Positions 9,041 to 17,424 of a stretch of DNA of 64,000 nt are shown here, one piece after another. Each line of letters begins with the position of its first letter. The first letter of the stretch is position 1. Location: IMG/VR virus record IMGVR_UViG_3300025859_000003. One strand, written 5' to 3'. The stretch is from a virus (Duplodnaviria > Heunggongvirae > Uroviricota > Caudoviricetes). The position numbers were made by a program, and so were the translations under genes. A model generated the notes under the pieces. The model had not been told where the DNA came from. It made no database searches and worked only from the letters and a program-made list of their open reading frames with translations.

Positions 9041-10117
9041 ATGGGATTCAAAATTGACAGCATGGTGTGCATCCATCTCCCTCGGTGGAAACAGATCGCA
9101 TTCTTCTGCGGTCAGTGTGCCGGTACCGGGTTCTCCGGTACAGGAACTTGTTTCAAGTGTAACGGCTCTGGTATTCGCACAGAGAGGTTGCAGTACCTGG
9201 TCTTTGGCGGCGTGGCCAAGATTACAGGCTTGTTCTCCATCCAGGGACAGACCACGTACACCATCGTCTATCCGTTCCTGCAGGGACTTCTCGACCACTC
9301 CAAGCAGGACACTCAGCAGATCATGGATGTATCGTCCGCGTTCTGGGAGAAGAATAAGGACTCTCAACAGAAGAGCCCGCCTGGAACGGTCACGATGCAG
9401 ATTCCGGAAAGTCAGGTGTTCCACACCTACAACGAGGCCATCCAGAACCTCACCAAGTGCAACAAAGAGGTAATCGACGAAGGCATCCGCCGGCACGGTG
9501 GCGTTCCCGGTATCTTTGAGGAGAACCCGGAGAAGATCAAGCCGAACACGACATCCCGAACCGGCGGTACGCCGTACAGCGGTAAGCCGTATGGAGAGCC
9601 GCGGGTCAATGACTTGTTGTGGGCAGTCGAGTACCACGGCAATGTCCAGAAGTTCTTCCGGTGTCCGCAGTGCAAAGGCGAGGCCAAGAAGGCCAACGTC
9701 AAGTGCTCCAGGTGCCACGACTCAGGGCACATTGCGATGCACATCCCGCAGTACATCCTGAGGGGGCAGGTACGTGTTATCGGAACTATGTCCGGTGACT
9801 ACCTCGACCTTGAGGCAGCTCCGATTCCCTACGTGGATGACGACACCCACGCCCTGATCACCAAGAACTACTGGGTCAATCACGCCGAGGGCACGGACAA
9901 CCGCATCCCCAAGAACACGATTGCCACCTGGGAACATCTGTTCTACACGGTGGACGGGGCCAAAGAGTGGCTCGCCAAGAAGAACGAGACCATGCTCAGG
10001 CAGTGGTGCGAGGATCACCACGACATCCTCCCTGTGGGGATGGACGGCGAGGTTCTTGAAGGGTTCAAGCCCAAGGTCGGCCCCAAGCCCGTACCCATCG
10101 AAGCCTGCCTCTGCTAG
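9041..10117 (+). CDS. DnaJ-type CxxCxGxG zinc-finger protein, paralogue 4 (largest)
   Basis: RBS AGGAGAGAAC; CGQCAGTG ... CFKCNGSG N-terminally and second pair CPQCKGEA ... CSRCHDSG mid-protein. Confidence 0.6.
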   Translation: MGFKIDSMVCIHLPRWKQIAFFCGQCAGTGFSGTGTCFKCNGSGIRTERLQYLVFGGVAKITGLFSIQGQTTYTIVYPFLQGLLDHSKQDTQQIMDVSSAFWEKNKDSQQKSPPGTVTMQIPESQVFHTYNEAIQNLTKCNKEVIDEGIRRHGGVPGIFEENPEKIKPNTTSRTGGTPYSGKPYGEPRVNDLLWAVEYHGNVQKFFRCPQCKGEAKKANVKCSRCHDSGHIAMHIPQYILRGQVRVIGTMSGDYLDLEAAPIPYVDDDTHALITKNYWVNHAEGTDNRIPKNTIATWEHLFYTVDGAKEWLAKKNETMLRQWCEDHHDILPVGMDGEVLEGFKPKVGPKPVPIEACLC

Positions 10118-10125
10118 GAGGGACA

Positions 10126-10431
10126 ATGTGTTACTACCCGCCGAGGTTCCTGGAAGGGACCAGGGTTCGCGTTATCAGGCACGGCAGCGATCCAAAGTAC
10201 GCCAGGGAAGGCGTCGTCGTACAGATGTTCGGCGGCGCCACCTGTGGCGTGTTTGACGTAATCTTTGACGGCGACGACTACCGCTCTACGTGTTCGGAGT
10301 GGGACCGTGTGGAGAGGATCTATGAAAACGAAGAGAGGAAAGCCCCTCCCGAAAAAGAAGTACCCGAAGAATCTGAAGTGGATCTACGAAGTTTGCTACA
10401 GGATGCGTGGAGACGTCGAGGCGGAGCATAA
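10126..10431 (+). CDS. hypothetical protein
   Basis: RBS AGGAGGGACA then ATG; overlaps next ORF by 110 nt in a different frame. Confidence 0.4.
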   Translation: MCYYPPRFLEGTRVRVIRHGSDPKYAREGVVVQMFGGATCGVFDVIFDGDDYRSTCSEWDRVERIYENEERKAPPEKEVPEESEVDLRSLLQDAWRRRGGA

Positions 10432-10588
10432 GATCACCGAGATCATGAACTGCCAGTCAATCGAAGAGGTCAAGACGGCGTTCTACTCGACTCCACGCTT
10501 CAAGGGCATGACGTTGGCCAGCTGCCGCCGGCTGCGGAGGATGGTCCCCGAAGATCTTGAGAAACTTGAGGCCCCGGCAAGGCTGTGA
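10322..10588 (+). CDS. hypothetical basic protein
   Basis: Track ORF 10265..10588; ATG 10322 preceded by GGAGAGG. Confidence 0.4.
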   Translation: MKTKRGKPLPKKKYPKNLKWIYEVCYRMRGDVEAEHKITEIMNCQSIEEVKTAFYSTPRFKGMTLASCRRLRRMVPEDLEKLEAPARL

Positions 10589-10609
10589 TGGCTGCAGAGT
10601 CTGCGGCCA
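10589..10609. repeat. 21-bp palindrome copy TGGCTGCAGAGTCTGCGGCCA
   Basis: inverted repeat, PstI-like CTGCAG arms around GAGTC core. Confidence 0.7.
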
Positions 10610-10612
10610 CGA

Positions 10613-10645
10613 GAGAAGGGTGGTCGCTCAACCCTTCTCTTTTAG
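10613..10645. terminator. bidirectional intrinsic terminator between convergent genes
   Basis: GAGAAGGGT-loop-ACCCTTCTC followed by TTTTAG; stop of minus gene at 10642. Confidence 0.65.
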
Positions 10646-10881
10646 TACGTGAATTCACCCCGCTGCCGAGAACCCACCCAGGCGTCCCGAGCGTTACTCG
10701 CGTCCAAGGTCAGGTGGTACTCGTAACCGTCGTAATAGAACAGATCATGGTTCCGAAGAGCATAGACTCCAGTTTGAAGGTCCAGGAACGTGTCCACCTT
10801 CGGAAACGAATGCCCGAGCGCCTGCTCTCTGAGTATGTTCTGTACATAGTCTTCGAGCTGTTTTGACCAGTAGCATTTCAT
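10642..10881 (-). CDS. hypothetical protein
   Basis: 79-aa ORF. Confidence 0.45.
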   Translation of the reverse strand: MKCYWSKQLEDYVQNILREQALGHSFPKVDTFLDLQTGVYALRNHDLFYYDGYEYHLTLDASNARDAWVGSRQRGEFTY

Positions 10882-11183
10882 GTTCCCACCTTCTGGTTGG
10901 TCGGCTTATCGTTCTCATCCAGCCAGACGAACTCCCCGTTTTCTCCTACAGGGAAATAATTTCCACAGGAAGCGCAGAACGTCGACCCGTAAAATTCAGG
11001 ATTCAGTGCATAGGTCTCGGCAATCCTGACCCCCATTTTGGTGGTGCCACCGCACTTGAGATGTTGATACGCCGTCCGGATCGGACGCACGAACTTCTTA
11101 CCAGAAGGATCGACGGTAGGGTGGCTCTCGTACTGACCGTCGGGTCCCTTCTTACCGTAATCGAAAGGTTTGTCGTCAGACAT
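10878..11183 (-). CDS. small zinc-binding protein
   Basis: Track ORF 10878..11351; ATG at 11183 preceded by AGGAG; HLKCGG...CASCGNYF. Confidence 0.5.
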   Translation of the reverse strand: MSDDKPFDYGKKGPDGQYESHPTVDPSGKKFVRPIRTAYQHLKCGGTTKMGVRIAETYALNPEFYGSTFCASCGNYFPVGENGEFVWLDENDKPTNQKVGT

Positions 11184-11472
11184 TGGTACTACTCCTGTCC
11201 TGAAGCCACTGCTCTGTTTTGAGCTGAATAAGACGAAGCGCCCACATCGGATCCTTCCAGATGTCTTTGTACAACCACTGCCGCATCTTGGGAAAGTAGC
11301 GCTTGAGATCGTCACGAGCACCGTCGTATTGAGCCGCATACACCTTTGCATGATGAACGACGGTTTTCTGGTGAACCAAGGGTAGCCGTTCGAATCTCTT
11401 CTGTATGCGGTCCAGCCCCGAGGAGAACAGATCCAACGGAAATACCGACCTGAATTCTTCCCAGGGAGTCAT
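11176..11472 (-). CDS. hypothetical protein
   Basis: 98-aa ORF, 8-nt overlap with downstream gene. Confidence 0.45.
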   Translation of the reverse strand: MTPWEEFRSVFPLDLFSSGLDRIQKRFERLPLVHQKTVVHHAKVYAAQYDGARDDLKRYFPKMRQWLYKDIWKDPMWALRLIQLKTEQWLQDRSSTNV

Positions 11473-11954
11473 GCTGTGTTTCCTTTTCTGATGTCGGTTT
11501 TAGGGGCTCTACCAGGAATGAGCTTGAGGATAGGATCCCCGGTCTCGTCAAGGGGGACAGACCTGTTCTGCTTGCGCTGGCGTCCAAGCTTGATACCGGT
11601 CAGGTAGCGTTCGCTGAGCTCCGATCCCTTCATAAGGTGCTTGAGCTCGTCCATGGACTCAGGCTCAAACAGCAGGAAAAGGTTGGCCTTCTGGCCGGTG
11701 GACGCCCCGGTACGATTCACACGCCGAATCAGCCCCAGCTTCTCAAGTTCGGCAGACCATTCCCTCACCGTGCTCATACTTCGTCCGCACAGCTTTGCCA
11801 AGGTTCTCACAGAGGGGTGGCGATGCTCGCCTTTGAACCCGCCGTAGCTGGCGATCACCGTGTACAGGAACTTCCACTCCAAAGGTATAGGCAGGATGAT
11901 CAGCCACTTCGGCATCGTCGAGTAGGGCGTGGAGGGAAGATCTACTGATTGCAT
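11469..11954 (-). CDS. winged-helix/HTH DNA-binding protein
   Basis: Track ORF 11469..12002, likely start MQSVDL at 11954; HPSVRTLAKLCGRSMSTVREWSAELEKLGLIRR resembles HTH recognition segment; sits beside palindrome-rich non-coding hub. Confidence 0.5.
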   Translation of the reverse strand: MQSVDLPSTPYSTMPKWLIILPIPLEWKFLYTVIASYGGFKGEHRHPSVRTLAKLCGRSMSTVREWSAELEKLGLIRRVNRTGASTGQKANLFLLFEPESMDELKHLMKGSELSERYLTGIKLGRQRKQNRSVPLDETGDPILKLIPGRAPKTDIRKGNTA

Positions 11955-12002
11955 AAGAAAAGCTCCCGGAGCAGGCGTCGTTCTTTGGCGAAGAAGACAC
12001 AT

Positions 12003-12634
12003 ACACGGGAGCTTTAGCCGTTTGGGCCATACTCATAGTACGTGTCTTCTTCGCCGAGAACAACCCTACTCCGGCGAGAATTTTATGTCAAGAACGTATG
12101 GAGAAAAGCGTGCATCCCCCACCGGTGTATCGGCGGGGGACCCCCACCGGTGTACGCTACCCCTATAAGTAATACTAACTGCTAACCATCCCCCTACAGG
12201 GGATGGAAGTAACTGTACCAGTTACTTCCATCCCGCTCCCCCAGCGGCTGCGCCGCTGTGGTCGTCGGACGAGCTAAAAAGAAAAGGGTACTTTTACTTG
12301 ATCGCCTTAGCGGCGTAGGGTATACCACACCCGACGTACAGACCTCTGCCGATCTGTGCTTCATGTACTACCTTCCTTGTTTGAGTAAGACGGTCGAACT
12401 AACCTTCGGCCGTTTTGCTTTCAATGGGCCTACAACCCATCTGGCGTTCGATATGAGCAGCCTGAATGGCCGAAAGGTCTTCGGATACCCTAAGGTACCC
12501 GCCGAACGATCCTGGAGGCGTTTTATCGTAAAAAACAGGGGGTGGTTATGCTGGACCAAGGCCCACCCCCTGATTAGACGGTTTACCTGCGCCGCTCATT
12601 CGAGCCCACAGTCTCGGGCAGTCACGCAGGGCCG
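12003..12634. other. 630-bp non-coding regulatory hub
   Basis: No credible ORF; direct repeat CCCCCACCGGTGTA x2 (12116-12153); perfect 35-bp palindrome GGGATGGAAGTAACTG-TAC-CAGTTACTTCCATCCC (about 12202-12236) nested with CCATCCCC/GGGGATGG; 10-bp stem CAGGGGGTGG...CCACCCCCTG (about 12535-12570); possible sigma70-like TTGATC-17-TATACC near 12290-12320. Confidence 0.5.
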
Positions 12635-13057
12635 TCAGTCCCTGTCACTTGAAGACATCTGGTCGATTACGGTTTCGGCGCCCTCCGGAATGTTGTCGTT
12701 CGGCACCTCGACGTACTGGCCGTCTCGTACCTCGTACGTACTGTCGCCCTCCGCCTTATCCGGGTTTACTAACCTGATTGCCGGGCCGAGCCAGCCAAAG
12801 ATGCACTCCCCGTCGTCGGCCCTGAACCACATGACATCTCCGATGTCATCACCGCTTCTCCTGATTTTCTGGAGAAGAGTCACGGCTTCTTTTGAGATGC
12901 CGAGATGATTCTTGGTGTCTCGTACCAGGCAGCCGATCTTCGACCCACCGTTGGGGATGAAGAACTTCGTCCCACTCCAGTACTCTTCTGGCGTGTCGAT
13001 CACCAGTATCCCCTTGTACGAAAGCACTCTGATAAGCGGTTTGGTATCTTCCGTCAT
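12635..13057 (-). CDS. hypothetical protein
   Basis: 140-aa ORF; AAAGGAGA RBS; preceded by conserved motif. Confidence 0.5.
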   Translation of the reverse strand: MTEDTKPLIRVLSYKGILVIDTPEEYWSGTKFFIPNGGSKIGCLVRDTKNHLGISKEAVTLLQKIRRSGDDIGDVMWFRADDGECIFGWLGPAIRLVNPDKAEGDSTYEVRDGQYVEVPNDNIPEGAETVIDQMSSSDRD

Positions 13058-13087
13058 GTAAATCTCCTTTCTTTCCTACACCTTCTT

Positions 13088-13108
13088 AGGCCGTATGTGG
13101 CTGCAGAC
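13088..13108. repeat. 21-bp palindrome copy
   Basis: TGGCTGCAGACTCTGCAGCCA. Confidence 0.7.
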
Positions 13109-13115
13109 TCTGCAG

Positions 13116-13148
13116 CCACGGCGGGACTAAAAAGAAAGCCCCCCGGTT
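13116..13148 (-). terminator. intrinsic terminator
   Basis: GCCCCCC-loop-GGGGGGC with TTTCTTTTT on minus strand, just past stop of 13166..14068. Confidence 0.65.
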
Positions 13149-13165
13149 AGAGGGGGCTGTTCTTC

Positions 13166-14068
13166 TTATTCTTCCAGTGCCATGGGGTCCGGGATGTGTC
13201 CAGCCAAACCTTGTTTGTGGAGGGCACTGAGGTCGTCGTAGGCGGGGTTGATTTTAACGTCCATCTCGTTCCACTGGAAATCGAGCGAACCCCGAAGATG
13301 CCTTCGAACGATCACGTCGCATTCACCGGTGGAGGGATTCTTACGTTTATGCTGGCGAACCCAGTGCACAAGCCTTTTGATTCTATCGCCCTTCTTGACC
13401 TTATCTCTGATTTCCCAGAGCTCCATTAGAGATTCAGCTGAGACGAACCACCGAACACCAGGAGCTTCACCTAGCTTGATATCAACCGTCCACCACATGT
13501 TTTCCGTCCACTGAAGGCCCAGCGCGATACCTAACTGGCGGGCGTACGCTTTTTCCATGTTTTCGAGATGTCCTGGGACGTAGTCTCCTCCGTGCTTTTC
13601 AACCCACTTCCATCCACCTTTGGCTATGCTTCCTTGTGTGTTTCCACAGCCCCAGATGGTATCACTTCCTTCCCAGGTCCCGTCGACGATGTTCAGCCTG
13701 ACGTCAGTAACCTTCGCCATGAACGGAAGTATCTTTACCCCGCGAGCTTGGGCGGGAGAAATGCTCTTGACCCTGATGATTCCATACATGTCAGAACGAC
13801 GTCCCTCATCGAAGTTGTCAATCACCATGCCGACGTTGATTTTCCCGTTCAGATCTTTAGGTGTGACGTCGGTGAAAATACCAACGTTTTCGGAGTCTGA
13901 GGTAAGCCCTGCCACCATCGGGTGAGAGGCTCCGATCTTTTTCCAGTTGAGCCGCTTGTTGGCTGGGGTGTATTGTTTATTTACCTCTTTCCCTCCAATG
14001 GCGAGCAGGTAGACGAGTTTTTCCAGGTCCTCGTCGTTAGGCATGTTTGTCATTTCAAATCCTTTCAT
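13166..14068 (-). CDS. hypothetical protein
   Basis: 300-aa ORF. Confidence 0.55.
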   Translation of the reverse strand: MKGFEMTNMPNDEDLEKLVYLLAIGGKEVNKQYTPANKRLNWKKIGASHPMVAGLTSDSENVGIFTDVTPKDLNGKINVGMVIDNFDEGRRSDMYGIIRVKSISPAQARGVKILPFMAKVTDVRLNIVDGTWEGSDTIWGCGNTQGSIAKGGWKWVEKHGGDYVPGHLENMEKAYARQLGIALGLQWTENMWWTVDIKLGEAPGVRWFVSAESLMELWEIRDKVKKGDRIKRLVHWVRQHKRKNPSTGECDVIVRRHLRGSLDFQWNEMDVKINPAYDDLSALHKQGLAGHIPDPMALEE

Positions 14069-14086
14069 TGAAAAGAGAAGGCCCTC

Positions 14087-14356
14087 TTAGGAGGGCCTTC
14101 TTGACTTGCGGTTGATTGATGGTCTGGGTGCCGAACGGCTGTGGATGAACGGGTCTGCCATCGCGGCGAAGTAGGTGATGAACGGCAGCGTCGAGGCTCG
14201 CCGCGGCTTCTTGGCGTACTCGCGAGCCCGTTCTTCCTTGTACGCCTGCTCCTCTGCGTACTCGATCTGGGTCAGGCCGCCGCGGGGACCGCAGCACCTC
14301 TTGTACTTCTTACCGCTGTCACAGGTGCACGGTCCATTAGGTCCTGAATACTTCAT
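14087..14356 (-). CDS. SEC-C motif protein
   Basis: Track ORF 14087..14419, ATG 14356 with AAAGGAG; PCTCDSGKKYKRCCGP matches SEC-C metal-binding motif (CxC.SGKKYK.CCG). Confidence 0.55.
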   Translation of the reverse strand: MKYSGPNGPCTCDSGKKYKRCCGPRGGLTQIEYAEEQAYKEERAREYAKKPRRASTLPFITYFAAMADPFIHSRSAPRPSINRKSRRPS

Positions 14357-14523
14357 GCCGGCTCCTTTACAGAAAGATGAGAGGGGTGTGCGCGGGGCGG
14401 ATACATTGACGGCTCTCATTCATTTGAGCCACCTCCGAGAAAGCCCCTTCGTCCGTGTGTTCCGCCGCGCTACTACGATAGGCGCCTATCTTATGTTCAC
14501 GCTGCCGAGCACACCCCTTACTG

Positions 14524-15024
14524 CTACTCGTCGAGAGCTTCCAGGTACTCTCGACCAGCCTGGACTACCAAGAAGTTGTCGGTGGGGGTCTGGTAGATCA
14601 GCTGACCCCCGTGCAGGAGACTGTGGAACCGGAACGGCTCATCCAATCCGAACCGTTCCAGATCCTGGTCGCCGTACACCCCACAGATGATCGCCTTATC
14701 CAGCATCCTCTTGGCCGCCTGCTTCTCCAGGAGAACGTACCAGGACTGGAAATCGATGATGCGCTCGGGGGTGTCGTCGCGGTAGATGTACTCCCGCGTT
14801 TCCGTCTTCACCGCCATGAAACGGCGGAAAGACGGATCCCTGCCGTAGACCAGCGGCGAATCGTTCCAGATGACTCCCTGGACGTGCCCGCTCTTGGTCA
14901 ACTCAAGCTGGCCCTCACGAGCCCCGGTAAGGATCATGTTCTTCCACAAGAGATTGAACGGCTCGTTGTAGTAGTCTTGCCCCCAAAGCGGGGCGATCTT
15001 GCGAATGACTCGGGACACGGTCAT
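14524..15024 (-). CDS. hypothetical protein
   Basis: 166-aa ORF. Confidence 0.5.
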   Translation of the reverse strand: MTVSRVIRKIAPLWGQDYYNEPFNLLWKNMILTGAREGQLELTKSGHVQGVIWNDSPLVYGRDPSFRRFMAVKTETREYIYRDDTPERIIDFQSWYVLLEKQAAKRMLDKAIICGVYGDQDLERFGLDEPFRFHSLLHGGQLIYQTPTDNFLVVQAGREYLEALDE

Positions 15025-15056
15025 GTGTTCCTTTCTCCCAGAGGTCTGTGCTCAGA

Positions 15057-15785
15057 CTACGCCGGTTCCACGGCTCCGTCACCAGCGTCCCGGAACTTCC
15101 CGGAGCGCTGCAGTACTTCCACCAGCCAGCGATGACTGCGGTCTTCGCCCCACTCGTCCTCCAGGACCCGCAGGAGCTGGATCTCGCTGTTGGTGAACAC
15201 TTTGCTCATCCAGAAGCCGAGGGACATCATCGAGTTAGGCTCGATGTCCTCATGGGCCTTGCTCAATCTCTCCAGCAAGGCCTTCTCGAAGACCGGGGCG
15301 ACGTCTTCGGACTTGGCTTGGCGGTATACCGCACCGTCGATTACGATCTGCTCCTCCCCGTTCCGAAGGCGCGGCACAACGTTGTTCTTCAGGACCTCGG
15401 TCAGGTTCAGTGATTCGTCGACGGTAAGCTTGGAATCACTGAAGACACGGGCCTGGTTGCAGCAAAGCATCTTCTCGCCGTCCTTCTCCGCCACCAGGAT
15501 GACAGGGTTCAGCACCCAGTCGAGCTTTTTGCGGAACTCCTCCGATGACTTGTTGATGAGGGCCACGAGGTAACCATTGTCGATGATGAGCGGCTTTGTC
15601 TGTTCGTCGTCTGAGACGGCGCGGATAATCAGGCCGCCCACCAGGGTGACCGGCCAGATGAGGCCCAGGAACAGGCCGAGGAAGCTGCGGCCAAGAAAGT
15701 TGAACTCGTCATTGACGACGAAGCAGGTGATCCCGAAGATCGCCGCGACCGCCAGATACAGCAGCGCCAGTATCACGGTAAGCAT
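15057..15785 (-). CDS. membrane protein (two N-terminal TM helices)
   Basis: AGAAGGAGAAACGAC ATG; hydrophobic N-terminus. Confidence 0.55.
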   Translation of the reverse strand: MLTVILALLYLAVAAIFGITCFVVNDEFNFLGRSFLGLFLGLIWPVTLVGGLIIRAVSDDEQTKPLIIDNGYLVALINKSSEEFRKKLDWVLNPVILVAEKDGEKMLCCNQARVFSDSKLTVDESLNLTEVLKNNVVPRLRNGEEQIVIDGAVYRQAKSEDVAPVFEKALLERLSKAHEDIEPNSMMSLGFWMSKVFTNSEIQLLRVLEDEWGEDRSHRWLVEVLQRSGKFRDAGDGAVEPA

Positions 15786-15830
15786 GTCGTTTCTCCTTCT
15801 GGTTTCTTTCGGTTTGGAATGAGGGTTTGA

Positions 15831-16085
15831 CTAACCGTTGGCGTCAGGCAACTCGGGAGCCTTCATGTTCTCTGAGATCGAGTTGATGGTGGTCGAAACC
15901 AGGAGGGCAATGAAGCTGATGGGCCAGGTGACGGTGCCGATGAGACCGACGACGATGCCGGCAACCCACCCCAGCCGGTTGTCCTGGAAGGTGTTGTAGG
16001 CCCTGCGGAAGGCCGGCACGCCGAAGCGGGCACCGATCAGGATGTAGATGCCGCATCCGATGACGAACAGGATTGTGGTAAGCAT
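15831..16085 (-). CDS. small multi-pass membrane protein
   Basis: Track ORF 15831..16124, ATG 16085 preceded by AAAGGAGAA; MLTTILFVIGCGIYILIGA... Confidence 0.5.
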   Translation of the reverse strand: MLTTILFVIGCGIYILIGARFGVPAFRRAYNTFQDNRLGWVAGIVVGLIGTVTWPISFIALLVSTTINSISENMKAPELPDANG

Positions 16086-16135
16086 GTCATTTCTCCTTTT
16101 CTGAGGAACCAAGTTTCCTCTCACTTTCTTAGGCC

Positions 16136-16163
16136 GTAAAAAAGAAGCCCCCTATGCGGGGGC
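16136..16163 (-). terminator. intrinsic terminator
   Basis: GCCCCC-GCATA-GGGGGC then TTCTTTTTT on minus strand. Confidence 0.6.
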
Positions 16164-16652
16164 CCCTTTCTGTGGCTGCAGAGTCTGCGGCCATCGTTCC
16201 GGTCTTATGGTAAGGCCCACGTTATTCAGCCAGGTTTTGACCGTGATGTTGGACCCATCATGGTCGACGACCGCGAGGCCGGGGCTCACGATGCCCAGCT
16301 CCACGGTGCGGAGAACCGCCTCCTGCAGGGACTTGCTCGGAGGTGAATAACACCAACCGGAGTCGTATCCACTTAGACCATTGGCCCACCGGTAATAGAC
16401 CTGAGACCTCCCCTCGCTGTCACAATACCAGAGGTCGCGACCCCCCTGCATGTACTCGCGGCATTGGTAGTGACCGAGAAACTTACAGCAGACGCACCCT
16501 TTGAAGTGTTCAAACCGAGGTTTTCCCAGGATCACCTTTGGAGTAACCCCCATTACTTCTGCAAAGAGTTCAATCTCCCGGAGGCGTGCCTCGTAAAGAC
16601 CGCCGGGAGTCATTAGCTTCAGCAGTTCTTCTCTGTCCATTCTTTCCCCCAT
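16152..16652 (-). CDS. Cys-rich hypothetical protein
   Basis: 166-aa ORF; C-terminus reads through palindrome copy 16173-16193. Confidence 0.45.
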   Translation of the reverse strand: MGERMDREELLKLMTPGGLYEARLREIELFAEVMGVTPKVILGKPRFEHFKGCVCCKFLGHYQCREYMQGGRDLWYCDSEGRSQVYYRWANGLSGYDSGWCYSPPSKSLQEAVLRTVELGIVSPGLAVVDHDGSNITVKTWLNNVGLTIRPERWPQTLQPQKGAPA

Positions 16653-16675
16653 AAAAGAAGTAGCCCCCGAAGGGG

Positions 16676-17137
16676 CTACTTGTTCAGGAGCTCGGGCTCC
16701 TGATCCACGCCGTGTCTTAACATCAGCTCTTCGGTCCTTCGGATGCCTTCTTTCAGGATTGCCCGGCCGGGATCATCCTCTTCGAGCTCGGCCAGGTTCT
16801 TTTCCAGCTGTTGTTTCTGTTTGTTCAAGAAGATCATCAGGAACTCCTCCGCGTCGGCGTAGTCCCTGTCGGCCTTCCGCATTTCCTCTTCCCGCTTCTG
16901 CTCCTTTCTGCGAGATTCTTCTTCGGCGGCCTTGATCCTGTCGTTCTCTCGCCGGCGCTCCTCCTGGAGTTCGGGGCTGAGGTAGTAGATCAGCAACCCG
17001 ATCGGCCACAGGAAAGCCGATAGGAAGATCACCAAGGCGCGGTGCTCCATGTCCTCCGCCAGAGCAGTTTCACACTGCCAGGAAGTGTAGACAGCCACGA
17101 TCATGTAGACCGCGACAACTGCAAGTATCCACTCCAC
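16676..17137 (-). CDS. N-terminal TM plus charged coiled-coil protein
   Basis: 153-aa ORF; two hydrophobic helices then ERRRENDRIKAAEEESRRKEQKREEEMRK. Confidence 0.5.
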   Translation of the reverse strand: MEWILAVVAVYMIVAVYTSWQCETALAEDMEHRALVIFLSAFLWPIGLLIYYLSPELQEERRRENDRIKAAEEESRRKEQKREEEMRKADRDYADAEEFLMIFLNKQKQQLEKNLAELEEDDPGRAILKEGIRRTEELMLRHGVDQEPELLNK

Positions 17138-17161
17138 AAAGTTCTCCTTTCGTAACAGTGG

Positions 17162-17353
17162 TTAGTAAGTGTGGCCGGGATACTTTACCCATGCCCCATC
17201 CTTCTTCGTCCTCAGGAGGGTTCGCTTTATGCCGAACTTTCGTTTCTGCGTGAGGTACCACGATGCGGCCTGAAGCTCGTTGTCGAAGTACAGGGTGCCG
17301 GTAGGATCCTCCACTTTGTGGGTCGAAGATGATGACTCCTGTTTGGTGATCAT
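17162..17353 (-). CDS. small hypothetical protein
   Basis: Track ORF to 17386; ATG 17353 preceded by AAAGGAGG. Confidence 0.4.
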   Translation of the reverse strand: MITKQESSSSTHKVEDPTGTLYFDNELQAASWYLTQKRKFGIKRTLLRTKKDGAWVKYPGHTY

Positions 17354-17424
17354 TCGAAAACCTCCTTTCACCTTCTTAGGCCGCATCTGGCCACTAAAAA
17401 GAGAGCCCCGAAGGGCTCTCTGTT

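Noticed and set aside
12258-12908. 216-aa plus-strand ORF spanning the non-coding hub
   Set aside because: No RBS, overlaps the RBS-supported minus gene 12635..13057, and the sequence is dominated by palindromes and repeats; treated as non-coding.
14611-15135. 174-aa plus-strand ORF
   Set aside because: Antisense to 14524..15024, which sits in a block transcribed on the minus strand.
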